Positions 48,324 through 62,341 of a stretch of DNA of 64,000 nt are shown piece by piece. Both the position numbers and the translations under genes were made by a program. The notes under the pieces were generated by a model. The model saw nothing but the letters and a program-made list of their open reading frames with translations, searched no databases and was not told where the DNA came from. This DNA comes from Octopus vulgaris (lineage: Eukaryota): assembly GCA_951406725.2 (NCBI GenBank), contig OX597826.1:45942001-46006000 (forward strand), given 5' to 3'. The number at the start of each line of letters is the position of its first letter. Within the stretch, counting starts at the first letter, position 1.

Positions 48324-51300
48324 ACGACAGGCAGATTAACATAGTTGTTCTATAAAAAGGTTAAAGTCCCTTATCAAATATCATCTGTGTTTCTTCTGTA
48401 TCCCTGTAGGAATACAAAGGCAGAGTAGGTCCTTGAACTTTATTAGTTGGAAATCACAATCAAAATGTGAAAAGCACAACTGACTGTATTTTCTATTGGT
48501 TCCTTATTTAAACTGTGTTGCAGAAGTGATTGTATGGCTAAGAAGCTTGCTTTCCAGCCACTTGGTTCTGAATTTCATCTCTGTGTGGCATTGCAGACAA
48601 GTATCTTGTACTCTAGCTCCAAGCAGACCAAAAACCTTGTTAGTGGATTTGGTAGATGGAAACTGAAAGAATCCTGTCTTGTAAACAAGTGTCGTGGCTG
48701 TATGATTAAGAAGCTTGCTTACCAACCACTTAGTTCTGGGTTCCATCTCTGTGTGGCATTGCGGACAAGTATCTTGTACTGTAGCTCCAGGCTGGCCAAA
48801 ATAGCCTTGTTTGCAAGTAAATTTGGTAGACGGAAACTGAAAGAATCCTGTCTTGTAAGCAAGTGTCACTGTCATCATACCAGTGGTGCCATTTGTTTTC
48901 AATCTTCCATGTAAATGTATTCAGCCATGGAGAAATATGACCTTTGTCATATTTCTAAGGCGGCGAGCTGGCAGAAACGTTAGCACGCTGGGCGAAATGC
49001 TTAGTGGTATTTCGTCTGCTGTTACGTTCTGAGTTCAAATTCTGCTGAAGTCGACTTTGCCTTTCATCCTTTCGAGGTTGATAAATCAAGTACCATTGGG
49101 GTCGATGTAATCGACTTAATCCTTTTGTCTGTCCTTGTTTGTCCCCTCTATGTTTAGCTCCTTGTGGGCAATAAAAAAATAAGAAATATGACCTTTGTTT
49201 GGAAACAAGTGAGAGTTGGCAAGAAGAAGGGCATTTGGTCATAAAAAAAATCTACCTCAACAAATTCTATCCATCTCATCCAAGCATGGAAAAGTGGCTG
49301 CTAAAATGATGATGATCCTTATTGTCACTCAACTTGCTCCTTGACACCTTCACATAGTTGTAGTATTGTTGTTTTAGCTCATGGTGAGCATAGCCTGGGT
49401 TGAGCAGATATGTGACCAAAGATGTTCCAGTGATAAACATCTTGTCTCTTTTATTCAGATATATCTAGGGCCTCTGTCAGTCAGTCAAGTTCGAGTATTC
49501 CTCTGTAGTTGTGTAGGCTGAGACAAGATTTTTTTTGTAAAAAAAAAAGGCGTGGCTGTGTGGTTAGAAGTTTGGTTCCAGGTTCAGTCCTCTGGCATGG
49601 CACCTTCGGTAGTGTCTTCTACTATAGCCCCAGACAGACCAAAGCTTTATGAATAGATTTGGTTGACAGAAACAGAGCTGGCAGAAACGTTAGCATGCCG
49701 GGCGAAATGCTAAGCGGTATTTTGTCTGCTGCTACATTCTGAGTTCAAATTCTGCCGAAGTCGACTTTGCCTTTCATCCTTTCAGGGTCGATTAAATAAG
49801 TACCAGTTGCGCACTGGGGTCAATATAATCGACTTAATCCATTTGTCTGTCCTTGTTTGTCCCCTCTGTGTGCAGCCTCTTGTGGGCAGTAAAGAAATAA
49901 TAAACTGAAAAAAAAAACACACATGCACATGTATATGTGTCTGTGTTTGTCCCCCGCCACCGCTTGACAACCAGTGTTGGCGTGTTTACATTCCTGTATC
50001 TTATTGGTTTGGCGAAAGAGACCGATGGAATAAGTACCAGGCTTTAAAAAATAAGTATTGGCGTCAATTCATTCAACTAAAAATTCTTCATGGTGGTGTC
50101 CCAGCATGGCCACAGTCTAATGACTGGAACAAGTGAAAAAGATAAACTAGCAGTTATCTATGCATGCAAGTTCCCCCCATTACACACCATTGATGCTTAT
50201 CCAAGTGAAAGACTTCCACTAGTTTGAACTGATACAGTTTGGCATCAATGTTGTTACTATCAGAACACAAAAGTACCAAAACAGATTCCACTATGCATTG
50301 CACCTGACCCTGTATCAGTTCTCCCAATCCGCTGTACCAGACCTCATTGCATAGTAATTTTTTTCTTCTTCCTGAAACTCTGTAAATCTGTGTCTCTCTT
50401 TTGATGAAAGGGTGTGTTTTAAGAGAGATTTGGCTGCTATTTGTAGTAGCTGAAGTTGCCACAGAGTCTCCTGTGTGTGTGTGTGTGTGTGTGTATGTGT
50501 GTGTTTTGTTGTGGTGAAAAAATTACTTTTTCTCAGAATATTTTACACAAAAATTTTTAAAGAAATCTGAACATCTTTCTTACTGTTAACCATTCAACTT
50601 CAAATTACAATTGTTAATTGTTGGAAGTCAAATAGAATGAGATGTTCTTATTGTGTTATATAGAGTGGAAATTCAATACAAAGTTTTCAATTCATTATCT
50701 TGTGGTTAGCAATCCATTACCTTAAATTTGAAGCCATTCATTCTCTAAACATCATTTTATTGGGTTTAGTCTTTTGACTGTTGCCATGATGTGCTATCAT
50801 CTTGAAAAATTTTATTGATCATACTGACTTCAGTATGTATTTCAAACTGGTATTTATTTTTCTAGATCTCTGCTTGATGAACTTGGAGATGTAGTAGGAC
50901 ACAATACTCGATTTAACAACAAATGTAAACAGACACACGCACATGTTAGGTATGAGAATGACTGTGTGGTTGAGAAGTTTGCTTCCCAAGCACATGGTTC
51001 CACATCCAGTCCCTCTGCATGGTACCTTGGGCAAGTGCTTTCTACTATAGCCCTAGGCCAACCACAGACTTGTGACTGAATTTGGTAGGCAGAAACTGCA
51101 GCGTTGTTCGTCAGAAAATGACCAAAAAACATGTTTATAAAGAAGAGTTGTTTGCTTCATACTCTTTATGTGCCAATTCTGTCCATAAAAAAAGAAACAA
51201 ATAATACAATGTGGCTGTAGGTCATAACACCCTGGTAATGCCGGGGTTCATTGCTAGTGTGTGTGTATATATATGTTTGTGTCAAATCATCCAACCCATG

Positions 51301-52177
51301 CTAGCATGGAAAGTGGACTTTAAACGATGATGATGATGTGTATGTTTGTTTCTTTTTCTCTATCTTGACATTGCATAATAGTTGTAAATGAGTGTCACTG
51401 TCATACAAGCAGTGTCATTCATTTCTAATACTCTGTGCAAGCATGTCTGGCCTTATTTAGAAACAGATAAGGTTTGGAGAGTGGCAGGGCATCCAGCCAT
51501 AGAAAATCTACTTCAATAAAGTCCATCCAACTCATTCAAGCATGGGAAAGTGGAGATTAAAATGATGATGATATGATGGGCTTCTTTCAGTAGTTTTATC
51601 TATCAAATCCTTTAACAAGACTTTATTTGGTCAGCCCATGGCTATGGTAGAAAGTACTTGCCCATGGTACTACGCAGTGGAATTAACCAGAAGCAACATA
51701 GTTAGAAAGCTGACATCTTAACCGTTCAAACATGCCATTGCTTATGTATCTTATGCAAACTTTTGGAACATGTTTGCTAAATTTTTGCAAAATTGTTTTG
51801 ATAATGTCACATTTTTTGTTGTGATTTTTCTTTCCTCAAATCTCCATTGAGTCAGTGATGTAAATTTATATTTAAATCTCAAAGTGAAAAGATTTATCAA
51901 ATTTTGAGTTATTTTGAGATTTTGTTAGTAAACATTAAACTACTTGAAATTTAACTTTGTTAGACTGTCTTAAAGTGTCAGAAAAACACACTGTGAATGT
52001 TTGTTTCAAACTTTATCAATGGATAGGACCATTAAAAAATACAAACAAAAATAAAAAGTAATCATATTTGTTGATTTTTGGGGGATTATTTTTCATTAAA
52101 ACAAGGTTAAATTTATGTGTGAGAAAAAACCTATTCTTTTGCAGTCTCTACAAATGTTTTAAAAAAATAGTTAACAT

Positions 52178-52414
52178 GGAGGCGCAATGGCCCAGTGGTT
52201 AGGGCAGCGGACTTGCGGTCGGAGGATCGCGGTTTCGATTCCCAGACCGGGCGTTGTGTGTGTTTATTGAGCGAAAACACCTAAAAGCTCCACGAGGCTC
52301 CGGCAGGGGGTGGTGGTGATCCCTGCTGTACTCTTTCACCACTCTAAAGGCGGTGCTCCAGCATGGCCGCAGTCAAATGACTGGAACAAGTGCAAAAAAA
52401 AAAAAAAAAAAAAA
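52178..52414 (+). mobile_element. Chimeric SINE: family-C head, family-A tail and poly(A)
   Basis: The C sequence stops at CTTTCACCACT and continues directly as CTAAAGGCGGTGCTCCAGCATGGCCGCAGTCAAATGACTG, then A(n). Confidence 0.82.
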
Positions 52415-53356
52415 TCTACTTTAAATACAAGAGGTATTTAATGCAATGGATTAAATATTTAATCCGTTAAATTGATTAATATTACTTCCCCTAATCACTG
52501 TATAATTATTTCTAATTAGCCTTTTAATCTTTTCCATACTAACATCCTTGAAATTGCCCCTGGCTTTATGGATATAAATTTCTTGTTTTATAAAGTGATA
52601 TAAATTAAAACCTTTCTTCAAATTTTCATGTTGTTTTATGTCCCAAACCCAGCTTAATGAGTATGAAGTTGTTTTATTTAATTTTTCATCATTTTTAGAA
52701 TTAACCGAAAGAAATTTGGTGTATTTCTGAAGAAACATGATTAATAAAACTGTTAATACTCCCTGCTTTAAACATATCAATACTAACTTGACTATTGATT
52801 TTGATGCCGATGACAACCCTGGATTATTTATTCTTTAGAAATTTCTATTATTCCAATATGACCAATGTATGATTTTCTAAATTTACTGAGTTGTTCTTCC
52901 ATCACTACTGCAGCAACTACAGTAAATTCTGTTTTACTGATGAGGTTTAATAAAACTGAAACCTGTTTGGAGTTGTCTCCCATGTACACTGAAAGAATGA
53001 AGCATTTTTTTGCCTCACTGCATAAGTTTTTATAGGTGTCCTTTCAGTACTCTTGACATGAAATATGTAGCCATCTACATTCAGGTTCAGTCCCACTGTT
53101 TGGCACTTAGGGCAAGTCTTTTCTACTATATTGCTATAGCCTTAAGTCAATTAAAGCCTTGGAAATTTAGTAATACCTTGTTAGTTGTAAACAGACTAAA
53201 CAGCACTTCTGTTACTGTTGTGTGTAGACTATACAGTATCCAGTCGTCAGTTGTATCTAGATGATATGGTACTTAAATGTCAGTAGCAGATGCCCTAATT
53301 GGGGTACACCATTAAAAAAAAGATCTTGTCTATTTATTTATTTTTACCTTTTCCAG

Positions 53357-53534
53357 AGATGAATGTGAACCAGTCAGTGCTACACAAGTACAAGTATTAG
53401 ATTTAGACAAACCATGGATGGTATATAAAGTTGCAACATTCCCCAGTCAGGTTGTCAATTTGGTTTGGGACCGAAATGGAACCCATCTGCTGATTGCCAC
53501 TAGCGAAGGACAGTTGGACATTTGGCAAATAAAG
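53357..53534 (+). CDS. MED16: MED16 coding exon 2 (RDECEPVSATQVQVLDLDKPWMVYKVATFPSQVVNLVWDRNGTHLLIATSEGQLDIWQIK)
   Basis: Polypyrimidine tract plus TTCCAG acceptor and GTAAGT donor. 178 nt, phase 2 to 0, no stops. WD40-like blades VLDLDKPW / LVWDRNGTHLLIA / GQLDIW resemble MED16 ILDTEHPW / LEWDQSGSRLLSA / GQIKCW. Confidence 0.92.
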
Positions 53535-54069
53535 GTAAGTGGACAGCTGCACAAATATTCTCATTTCAGTCATTAGGCTGGGGCCATGCTGGGGCACTAC
53601 CTTGAAGAGTTTTTAGTCAAACAAATTGACCTCAGTGCTTATTCTTTTAAAGCCTGGTACTTATTCTGTTGGTCTCTTTTGCCAAACTGCTAAGTCATGG
53701 GGATGTAAACATACCAACACTGGTTGTCCTAGTATATCTGTGTATCTTTGTTTGTTCTCCACTCCACTACTTGACCATTGATTTTGGTGTGTTTATGTCC
53801 CTGTAACTTAACAGTTCAGCAAAAGAGACTGCTAAAATAAGTATCAGGCCTAAAAAAAGGGTAAAGCACTGCGATCAATTCATTTCACTAAAAAATTCTT
53901 CAGGGCCATACCCCAGCACGGCCGCAGTCTTAGAACTGAAACAAATAAAAAAAACAAAAAAAACAGCATCATTGCTGAAAGTATTTTTCACATAACAAGC
54001 ATACAGGCATTGTTTTATTGGCAAATGATGGTATGATATAAATCCAAACTTTAAATAATCTTGCAAATA

Positions 54070-54474
54070 CTCTCTCTTTTTTTTACTTGTTTCAGTCTTG
54101 TGACTGTGGCCATGCTGGAGCACTGCCTTTAGTCGAGCAAATCGACCCCAGGACTTATTCTTTGTAAGCCTAGTACTTATTCTATCGGTCTCTTTTGCTG
54201 AACAGCTAAGTTACGGGGATGTAAACACACCAGCACCGGTTGTCAAGCAATGTTGAGGGGACAAACACAGACACACAAACATATACACACTCATATATAT
54301 ACATATATACGATGGACTTCTTTCAGTTTCCGTCTACCAAATCCACTCACAAGGCTTTGGTTGGCTCAAGGCTATAGTAGGAGACACTTGCCCAAGGTGC
54401 TACGCAGTGGGACTGAACCCGGAACCATGTAGTTGGTAAGCAAGCTACTTACCACACAGCCACTTCTACGCCTA
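54070..54474 (-). mobile_element. SINE family A copy (MED16 intron 2)
   Basis: Colinear with 3907-4324, with several CpG>TpG changes. Confidence 0.88.
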
Positions 54475-54559
54475 TACTGTTAGCACTTCTTACTATTGAG
54501 GGTTGCCATTATTGCTGCTAAATTTAAAAAACTCAAAACTACATTTAAAATTGTCAGAC

Positions 54560-54832
54560 GATTGAAACCATTCTATTATAGATAAGCAATAATGCACATT
54601 AGTATTGGACCTCTATTATAATGTCTTCATGAAAAGTGTCCATTTGTCCTTAATTGGCTCACCTCGCTGAGTAGCTGCTTGGGATTTCAGGTTTGCTAGG
54701 TGTGTGCCATTGGCCTGCTAAGGCATTTTGAATTTCCATGTATATCAGCAGGGTCTTGGAGGAGATAGTGTTAGTTGAAGGCTACCAAACCTGTCACACA
54801 CACACAGACAACTTCAGCTTTATATATAAAGA
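54560..54832 (-). mobile_element. Helitron 5' fragment
   Basis: The minus strand starts A|TCTTTATATATAAAG..GTTGTCTGTGTG, like 11771. The 3' end was not found. Confidence 0.5.
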
Positions 54833-57249
54833 TATAGGAATGCACTATGCCAATTTCGCATTAGATTTTCAAAAGTGTTTAGTATATGGAGCTGTGTCAC
54901 AAATTATGTCTTTTATAACCTTTTGTTATAAAAGTATGTTTGTTTTTAAAGTAGTAATATGTGTGTGTGTATGAGAGAGAGAGACAGACAGACAGACAGA
55001 TAGAGAGTAGCAACATCATCATTTAAAGACTATCTTCCATACTGACATAAGTTTGATGGTTTGACAGGATCTGAGTTACCAGGTTACACATACCCATGTC
55101 ACGTGGATAACATTGGATATCAACAACCTAAACTTCAACTGCAAGGGGCATTTCTGACTTCATTGTAAAGAAAGCCGATATTCTTACAGTGACTGATGTT
55201 GCAGAAATGCAGCAATAAAACCTGTGAAAGATGATGTCCCCTCTGTCAGCATAATGTCATTTTTATTAAGAGTAAAATACTTTATCCTTGAACTAAATAC
55301 AAATGGCATAAATATAAACATCTCTTCTATTAAGTCAAGTGTCTACTTAAATGCCTCTGTTTAAATTTCAATAATTGCTGTAGTATCTGCCACACCTCAA
55401 ACTAGCCACTGTAGTAGTAGTCCACACCATGTTCTCTCATATTATTTTCTGGGTACAACTTGACTTCTCCCCATCCTCAGATCTTGTGTTTTTGCGGTTT
55501 CCTGTGAACCTTCACCTCTGGAGTCAAAACTTTGTTTATTGGCATGCCACTTATATTACGTTATTGCAGGTCATCTCTGTTGACCTCAGTTATTGCATAA
55601 TAAATCGACTCCTTTTAATTAGCTTCATATTTACATATAATAGGTGCAGGCATGGCTGTGCTTTGGTTAAGAAGATCGCTTTGTGACTGCATGGTTCTGG
55701 GTTCAATTTCACTGTGGCACTTTGAGCAAGTGTTTTTTTTTTGTTTTTTTTTTCAGTATTGCTCTAGGTCAACGTATGCCTTGTGTGTAAACTTAATTGA
55801 TGGAATCTGTATGAGACTCTGTGTGTGAGGCACAAACTTGTGTATATTTTACTTGTTTCGGTCCTTGGACTGTGGCCGAGCCAGGGTACCATCTTCAAGA
55901 ATTTAGTCAGACAAATCGACCCCAGTGCTTTTTTTTTTAAAGTCTAGTACTTATTTGATTGTGGAGGCATATGGCCTAGTGGTTAGAGCAACAGACTCGT
56001 GGTTGAGAGATCTCGGGTTCGAATCTCAGACCGGGTGATGTGCATGTTACCTAAGCTCCACGCAGCTCCGGCAGAAGGTAATGGCGAACTTCTGCTACTC
56101 TTTCGCCACAACTTTCTCTCACTCATTCCTCCTACATCTTGCAGCTCACCTGTGATGAACCGGCATCCCGTCCAGGTGGGGAACCTATATGCCAAGGAAA
56201 CCGAGAAACCGGCTCTATGAGCCAGGAATGGCTCAAGAAGGAACAAACAACAACTTATTTGATTAGTCCCTTTTGCTGAACTGCTAAGTGACTGGGATGT
56301 AAACAAGCCAACAACAGTTATCAAGTGGCGGTGATAGACAAACACAAAGATGAATATACACATGTATATGTGTGTATATGTATATATATATATATATATA
56401 CACACATACACATACATATGGCTATGTGGTTAGGAAACATGCTTCTCAAGCACATGGTTTGAGTTGGGTCCCACTGCGTAGCAAGTGTCTTCTGTTACAG
56501 CCTTGGGTTCACCAAAGCCTTGTGATTAGCTTGGGTAAGCAAAAGTTCCCATCATATGCATATGTGTGTGTGAAAGTTCTTGTGCCTCATACAACAACAG
56601 ATAGGAGGGAAAACATGTATGTAGACAGGCTTCTTTTAGTTTCCATCTACCAAATCCACTGATAAGTCTTTGGTTGATGGGAGACTACAGTAGAAGATAC
56701 TTGCCCAAGATGCCTGCGCAGTTGTACTGAACCTGGAGCCAATTATAAATAGGCGTTATTAGACACCTACATTCACCAATCTACTGTAGTAACTTTTCAA
56801 ACCTCTATTTCACACCATCTTCCTTATCTTTTTAAACATAGACTTCATTGTTAGATAGTTTTTTTTCAATGAGATTTCAATGACATTTAGCTGCAAACAT
56901 ATTGACTTTTGTTTTCTCCTTATCTCTTATCAGTTTCTGATCTGTGTTTCCCATAACTTTACACATATCTTGCACCAAAATTTTAACCTAACACTGCTGC
57001 CACACCACATCACCACTGCCATTCTCTGCCAGGGCCTAACCAGTTATAATTTCTCTTTTAATACAATAACAACAACAACATTCTGTAGCAATATTGAATA
57101 CTGTGAAATAACCATACATAGTGGTGTTGTTTTGATTTGGTCTTGTTTGGATGGAAACATTGAACCAAATACCTACACGAATGGAGAAGTAAAGCTTATC
57201 TGTGGCTTTTTATATCAATAATAGGACACACAGACACACACGTTTGCAT

Positions 57250-57455
57250 GTGGATATATATAACATGTATGTGTTTGCATGTGTGTGTAGATGTGTGTAT
57301 GTATACATTTATATATGTATGTATATATTTATGTGTGTGTAGATGTGTGTGTATATATATATGTGTAGATGTATATGTATATATATATATATATGTGTGT
57401 GTGTGTAGATGCATATGTATATATATATATGTGTGTGTGTGTAGATGCATATGTG

Positions 57456-57488
<33 letters not shown>

Positions 57489-57910
57489 AGATGTATATAT
57501 GTATGTATATGTACATATATATGTGTAGATATATATATGTAGATGTATATTTGTGTACATATATATGTAGATGTATATATCTGTATATATATGTAGATGT
57601 ATATGTATATATATATATATGTGTAGATGTGTATATATATATATATATATGTAGATGTATATATATATATATGTAGATGTGTATATATATGTATATATAA
57701 ATGTAGATGTATATGTGTATATGTATGTCTATTTATGTGTAGATGTATATGTGTATTTGTATGTCTATTTATGTGTAGATGTATATATGTACATGTATGT
57801 TTATATATATGTGTGTGTGTACATATATATATGTAGATATATATATTTATAGATGAATGTATATGTTTGTTGATTTGTATATGTGTATGTATATACACAC
57901 ATGCACACAC
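57250..57910. repeat. Compound microsatellite with TGTAGATG punctuation
   Basis: Visible repeat. Confidence 0.95.
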
Positions 57911-58945
57911 ACATACTCTGAACTTGCAGGGTTCTTCACGATAGCCTACCAAAATAGAATAATTCTGTGTAGGAAGTTTGGTATTTTTGTAATTGATGAT
58001 GTTTTGTGCAGTTTACTGGAGAGCATTTTTGGTGTGTTGTTGCTAGCCATCTATGACATGGTGTAATTTACCTCTGTCTTAGCTTCCTATGCAGACAATA
58101 TATACAGACATTATTCAGGGGTTTTTTTACTGTTTGTGTTGTTTTTTTTTATAAATTTATTCTAATTTTATTATTAGCAACTTTCTGTTATTTCAATGAA
58201 TGGTGAATGACCGTTGAAGGATTTGAAATTCAATTTGTTAGCTAACAAAGCTTAATTCTTACACAGAGATGGCACAATCTTGGGCATGTGGTAAGAAATT
58301 GGCTTCTTAACCACATGGTTTCGAGTTCAGCTTTGCTGTGTGGCGGTACTTTGGACAAGTGTCTTCTACTACAATCTCAGGTCGACTGAAACATTGAGAG
58401 TGGATTTAGTAAACGAAAGCTGAAAGAAGTCTATTGGGTGTGTGTATGTGTGTGTATATGTATAAATCATAATCAACACCATTGTTTAATGTCCACTTTC
58501 TATGCTGGCATTGGTTAGATAGTTTGACTGTAACTGGCAAGCAGTACCAGGTTCCAGTCTGATTTGGCATGGTTTCTATAGCTGGATGCCCTTGCTAGTG
58601 CCAATGTATGCTTTTTATGTGCCACCGGCATGGGTGCCATTCACATGACATTGGCAATGGACATGACTACAATTTCATGGGTGCCATTTACATGACACCA
58701 GCAAAAGCCATGACTACAATATCACTTGGTTTGATGAGTCTTTTCAAGCGCAACATATCGGCAAAGATCTTACTCACTTATCCATCACCTCCATGAAATT
58801 ATAGATATATATATATATTTATAAATAAGGATAATATCAATATTTAAATATCGATATTATCAAGTGGCCAGCATGGGAAAAAATACTATACAAAGGTAAT
58901 AATTTTGTTACAACTAAAAATAAGGGTGTCTAAGAGACACCACCA

Positions 58946-59230
58946 TGCTGAAATAGCAGTCAAAACCCTGACTTTAAAGACCACGTTAAATGTTCATATC
59001 GTACCATGAGATAAGATAGAGGGACAAAATAGACTAGCAAAAAATATTATTGAATAATTCAAGATCCAGGATTTCTGGTTTTGCTTTAAATAAGCTTTAC
59101 CGTCATCGGTTGAATATATCAAAGTACATAAATACAGATATATATATTTTGTCCCTCTATCTTATCTCATGGTACGATATGAACATTTAACGTGGTTTTT
59201 AAAGTCAGGGTTTTGACTGCTATTTCGGCA
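58946..59230. repeat. Inverted repeat, 86-bp arms
   Basis: 58946-59031 versus 59145-59230, near perfect. Confidence 0.9.
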
Positions 59231-59468
59231 CCCTTGTGGCACGTAAAAAGCACCCACTACACTCACGGAGTGGTTGGCATTAGGAAGGGCATCCAGCCGT
59301 AGAAACACTGCCAGATCTGACTGGGCCTGATGAAGCCTTCCGGCTTCACACTCCAGTTAAACCGTCCAACCCATGCTAGCATGGAAAACGGACGCTAAAT
59401 GATGATGATGATGATATATATGAATATATAAATGGCGTTAAACGCAGGTGTTATTCAAATCTTTATAC

Positions 59469-59554
59469 TTTCGACATATGTTTCAAAGAAAACATTGGTA
59501 TTATTCCAGAAAGAATAAAATGATGTAAAACAAAGCAATCTTCTCATCAGGAAA
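59469..59554 (-). ncRNA. Minimal type-I hammerhead ribozyme motif
   Basis: UUUC-CUGAUGA-GAAGA..UCUUU-GAAACAUAUGUC-GAAA, with stem I UUUC/GAAA intact. Confidence 0.75.
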
Positions 59555-59756
59555 AAAAAGAGAAACAAAATGCATCAATAAGACATTTTAATTCTTCTAA
59601 TTTCTTTCTTCCTCATCCTTCTCTCTCTATAAATTGCCGTTGATGTCTATTAACAGTTTTTGTAAAAGATAACTTACCAGCATTCCCTCCATCTTATATG
59701 CAGTAATCACATTGGGTTAAAATGTCTTACTGATGCATTTTGTTTCTCTTTTTTTC

Positions 59757-59842
59757 CCCCCTGATGAGAAGATTGCATTGTTTCACTTCATTTTATTCCT
59801 TCTGGAATAATACCAATGTTTTCTTCGAAACATATGTCAGAA
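59757..59842 (+). ncRNA. Minimal type-I hammerhead ribozyme motif
   Basis: CUGAUGA, stem II GAAGA/UCUUC, GAAA, palindromic ACAUAUGU, C17. Stem I is poorly paired in this copy. Confidence 0.75.
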
Positions 59843-60779
59843 GTATAAAGATTTGAATAACACCTGTGATTAACTCCATTTATTTATTTATCTATGTGAT
59901 ACCAAAGCATTTCACTAAACCCTGGAATTTCTATCTTTATAAGTAGGTTGTTACATCCTTGGTACTTATGTGAATTTTTGCTACCCTGGTAATTATTTAT
60001 TTTTTCCGTGTTATTTGTACACACTGAAAAAATACACATACATTTATATTTATGCATAAATATATATATGCACACACACACACACACACACGAATCTACT
60101 CTACAGCAAGACACTTGCTTTTGGTGCAAAACTGCCTGTGCTGGTGCCACATAGTCTTATTACACACACGTCATTTTGTCACAACCTGTGAACTTACTTC
60201 AAGGGTACATTGTCTATGAAATACTTAACAATTTGTTTTGTATACAGTAAATAGGTAGTTCTGTGATATAAGTTCTTGTGTAACTTGACGCAGCCCATAG
60301 TACACGGGACCTGCTTAATGAGGGGTTGAAGTAGGAAGGAAGCCAAACAAAACTTTAAACCCGATTCGTTCAGTGAAATCTGATATATTAGCATATTTCT
60401 TGGAAAAGGTATGTCTTTGGTTGTTGAAACAGTAGTTAAATGATGCCAAGCTGTTTCAGCCTTTGCCTTTCTCTTGGATAACATCGGTGACATGGAGAGG
60501 GGAGGCTGGTATGCATGGGCGACTGCTGGTCTTCCATAAACAACCTTGCCCGGACCTGTGCCTTGGAGGGTAACTTTCTAGGTGCAATCCCATGGGCATT
60601 CATGTCCGAAGGGGGTCTCTCTGAGTTAAATATGTTCTGAACCAAAGAGAGCATTAACACTTTTGAAACTAAACTGCCTGAGGCTTTTCCTTGATTCTAT
60701 GATACAAATTCCATGTTTTATGGTGATCAAAAAGCCTTCTATCAAATCTTTATGTTAATTTATATTCCAGACATCAGCT

Positions 60780-61142
60780 TTTACTCTTTTACTTGTTTCA
60801 ATCATTTGACTGCGGCCATGCTGGAGCACCGCCTTTAGTCGAGCAAATCGACCCCGGGACTTATTCTTTTGTAAGCCCAGTACTTATTCTATCGGTCTCT
60901 TTTGCCGAACCGCTAAGTGACGGGGACGTAAACACACCAGCATCGGTTTTCAAGCAATGCTAGGGGGACAAACACAGACACACATACATATATATGACAG
61001 GCTGCTTTCAGTTTCCGTCTACCAAATCCACTCACAAGGCAATGGTCGGCCCGGGGCTATAGCAGAAGACACTTGCCCAAGATGTCACGCAGTGGGACTG
61101 AACTCGGAACCATGTGGTTGGTTAGCAAGCTACTTACCACAC
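60780..61142 (-). mobile_element. SINE family A copy (young, CpGs largely intact)
   Basis: Colinear with 3907-4324. Confidence 0.88.
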
Positions 61143-61694
61143 ATTTTTTCTGCTATAGGCTCAAGGCCTACATTGACCCCAGTGTTCAACTAGTATTTAT
61201 TTCATTGACCTTGAGAGGGTTAAAAGCACAGGCAACTTTGGCAGGATTTGAACTCAAAACGTAAAGACATGAAATATGCACTAACAATTCTGCCAGCTCA
61301 CCACCTTCATCAGCTTAAAAGTAATGATGGTTACTTTTATAAATTCTTCATATCGGAGCTTCCGGCATGAATGCCAAGCTGCACAGGTTGTTGTTTCCAA
61401 ATTTCTGGCAGAGTGAATTGCATCATGGTGCTGTTTTTTCTCACAGATGGTGCCCAATTGACCCTACTATACTGTGTGGTTGATAAAATGCAAAACAAAC
61501 AATGCTCATGTGCAAAATTAAAAATATAAAATGGCGACAATTTACTTATCGCACCCTGTATATATATATGTGTGTGTATGTGTATAAACAAGAGTGCATT
61601 TTACACCAAAAGCCAATATGATACTTTCTCTCATAGCATCTATTGCAGTATAATTTGTTCTAACAGAACATCCGTGTTTGAGTGAGCATAAATA

Positions 61695-61709
61695 TGTATG
61701 TATGTATCT

Positions 61710-61763
<54 letters not shown>

Positions 61764-62070
61764 GTATATATATGTGTGTGTATATATATATGTATATATA
61801 TGTGTGTGTGTGTGTGTATATATATATGTATATATATATGTGTGTGTGTATATATATATGTATATATATGTGTGTGTGTGTATATATATATGTATATATG
61901 TGTGTGTGTGCGTATATATATATGTATATATGTGTGTGTGTGTGCGTATATATATATGTATGTATATGTGTGTGTATATATACATGTATATATATCTGTG
62001 TGTATGTATATATATGTATGTACATATATATGTGTGTGTATATATACACACACACACACACACACATATA
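61695..62070. repeat. Compound (TA)/(TG) microsatellite
   Basis: Visible repeat. Similar tracts at 655-915, 9733-10110, 14265-14482 and 16822-17180. Confidence 0.95.
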
Positions 62071-62341
62071 TACAAGATAGGTTTCTTTTCAGTATCCGTC
62101 TACCAAATCCATTCACAAGGTTTTGGTGGGCTGTGTATATTTTAAGCGGAAATTTGGAAACAGAAGACTTATATAATAATAATAATAATAACAATAATAA
62201 TAATAACAAAAATATATTTACAAATTATTATAAATACATTTTCCTGTTATGTTCAGTCTTTCTCAACAAATATATATATTTATGGTGAAAAGTTGTTTGT
62301 TTATTTTGTACTTTTAACCACTGTATAAACACTTCTTGCAG

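Larger units (their letters stand above)
59430..59881. repeat. Inverted repeat, ~162-bp arms, each with a hammerhead core
   Basis: 59430-59591 versus 59717-59881. Confidence 0.9.
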
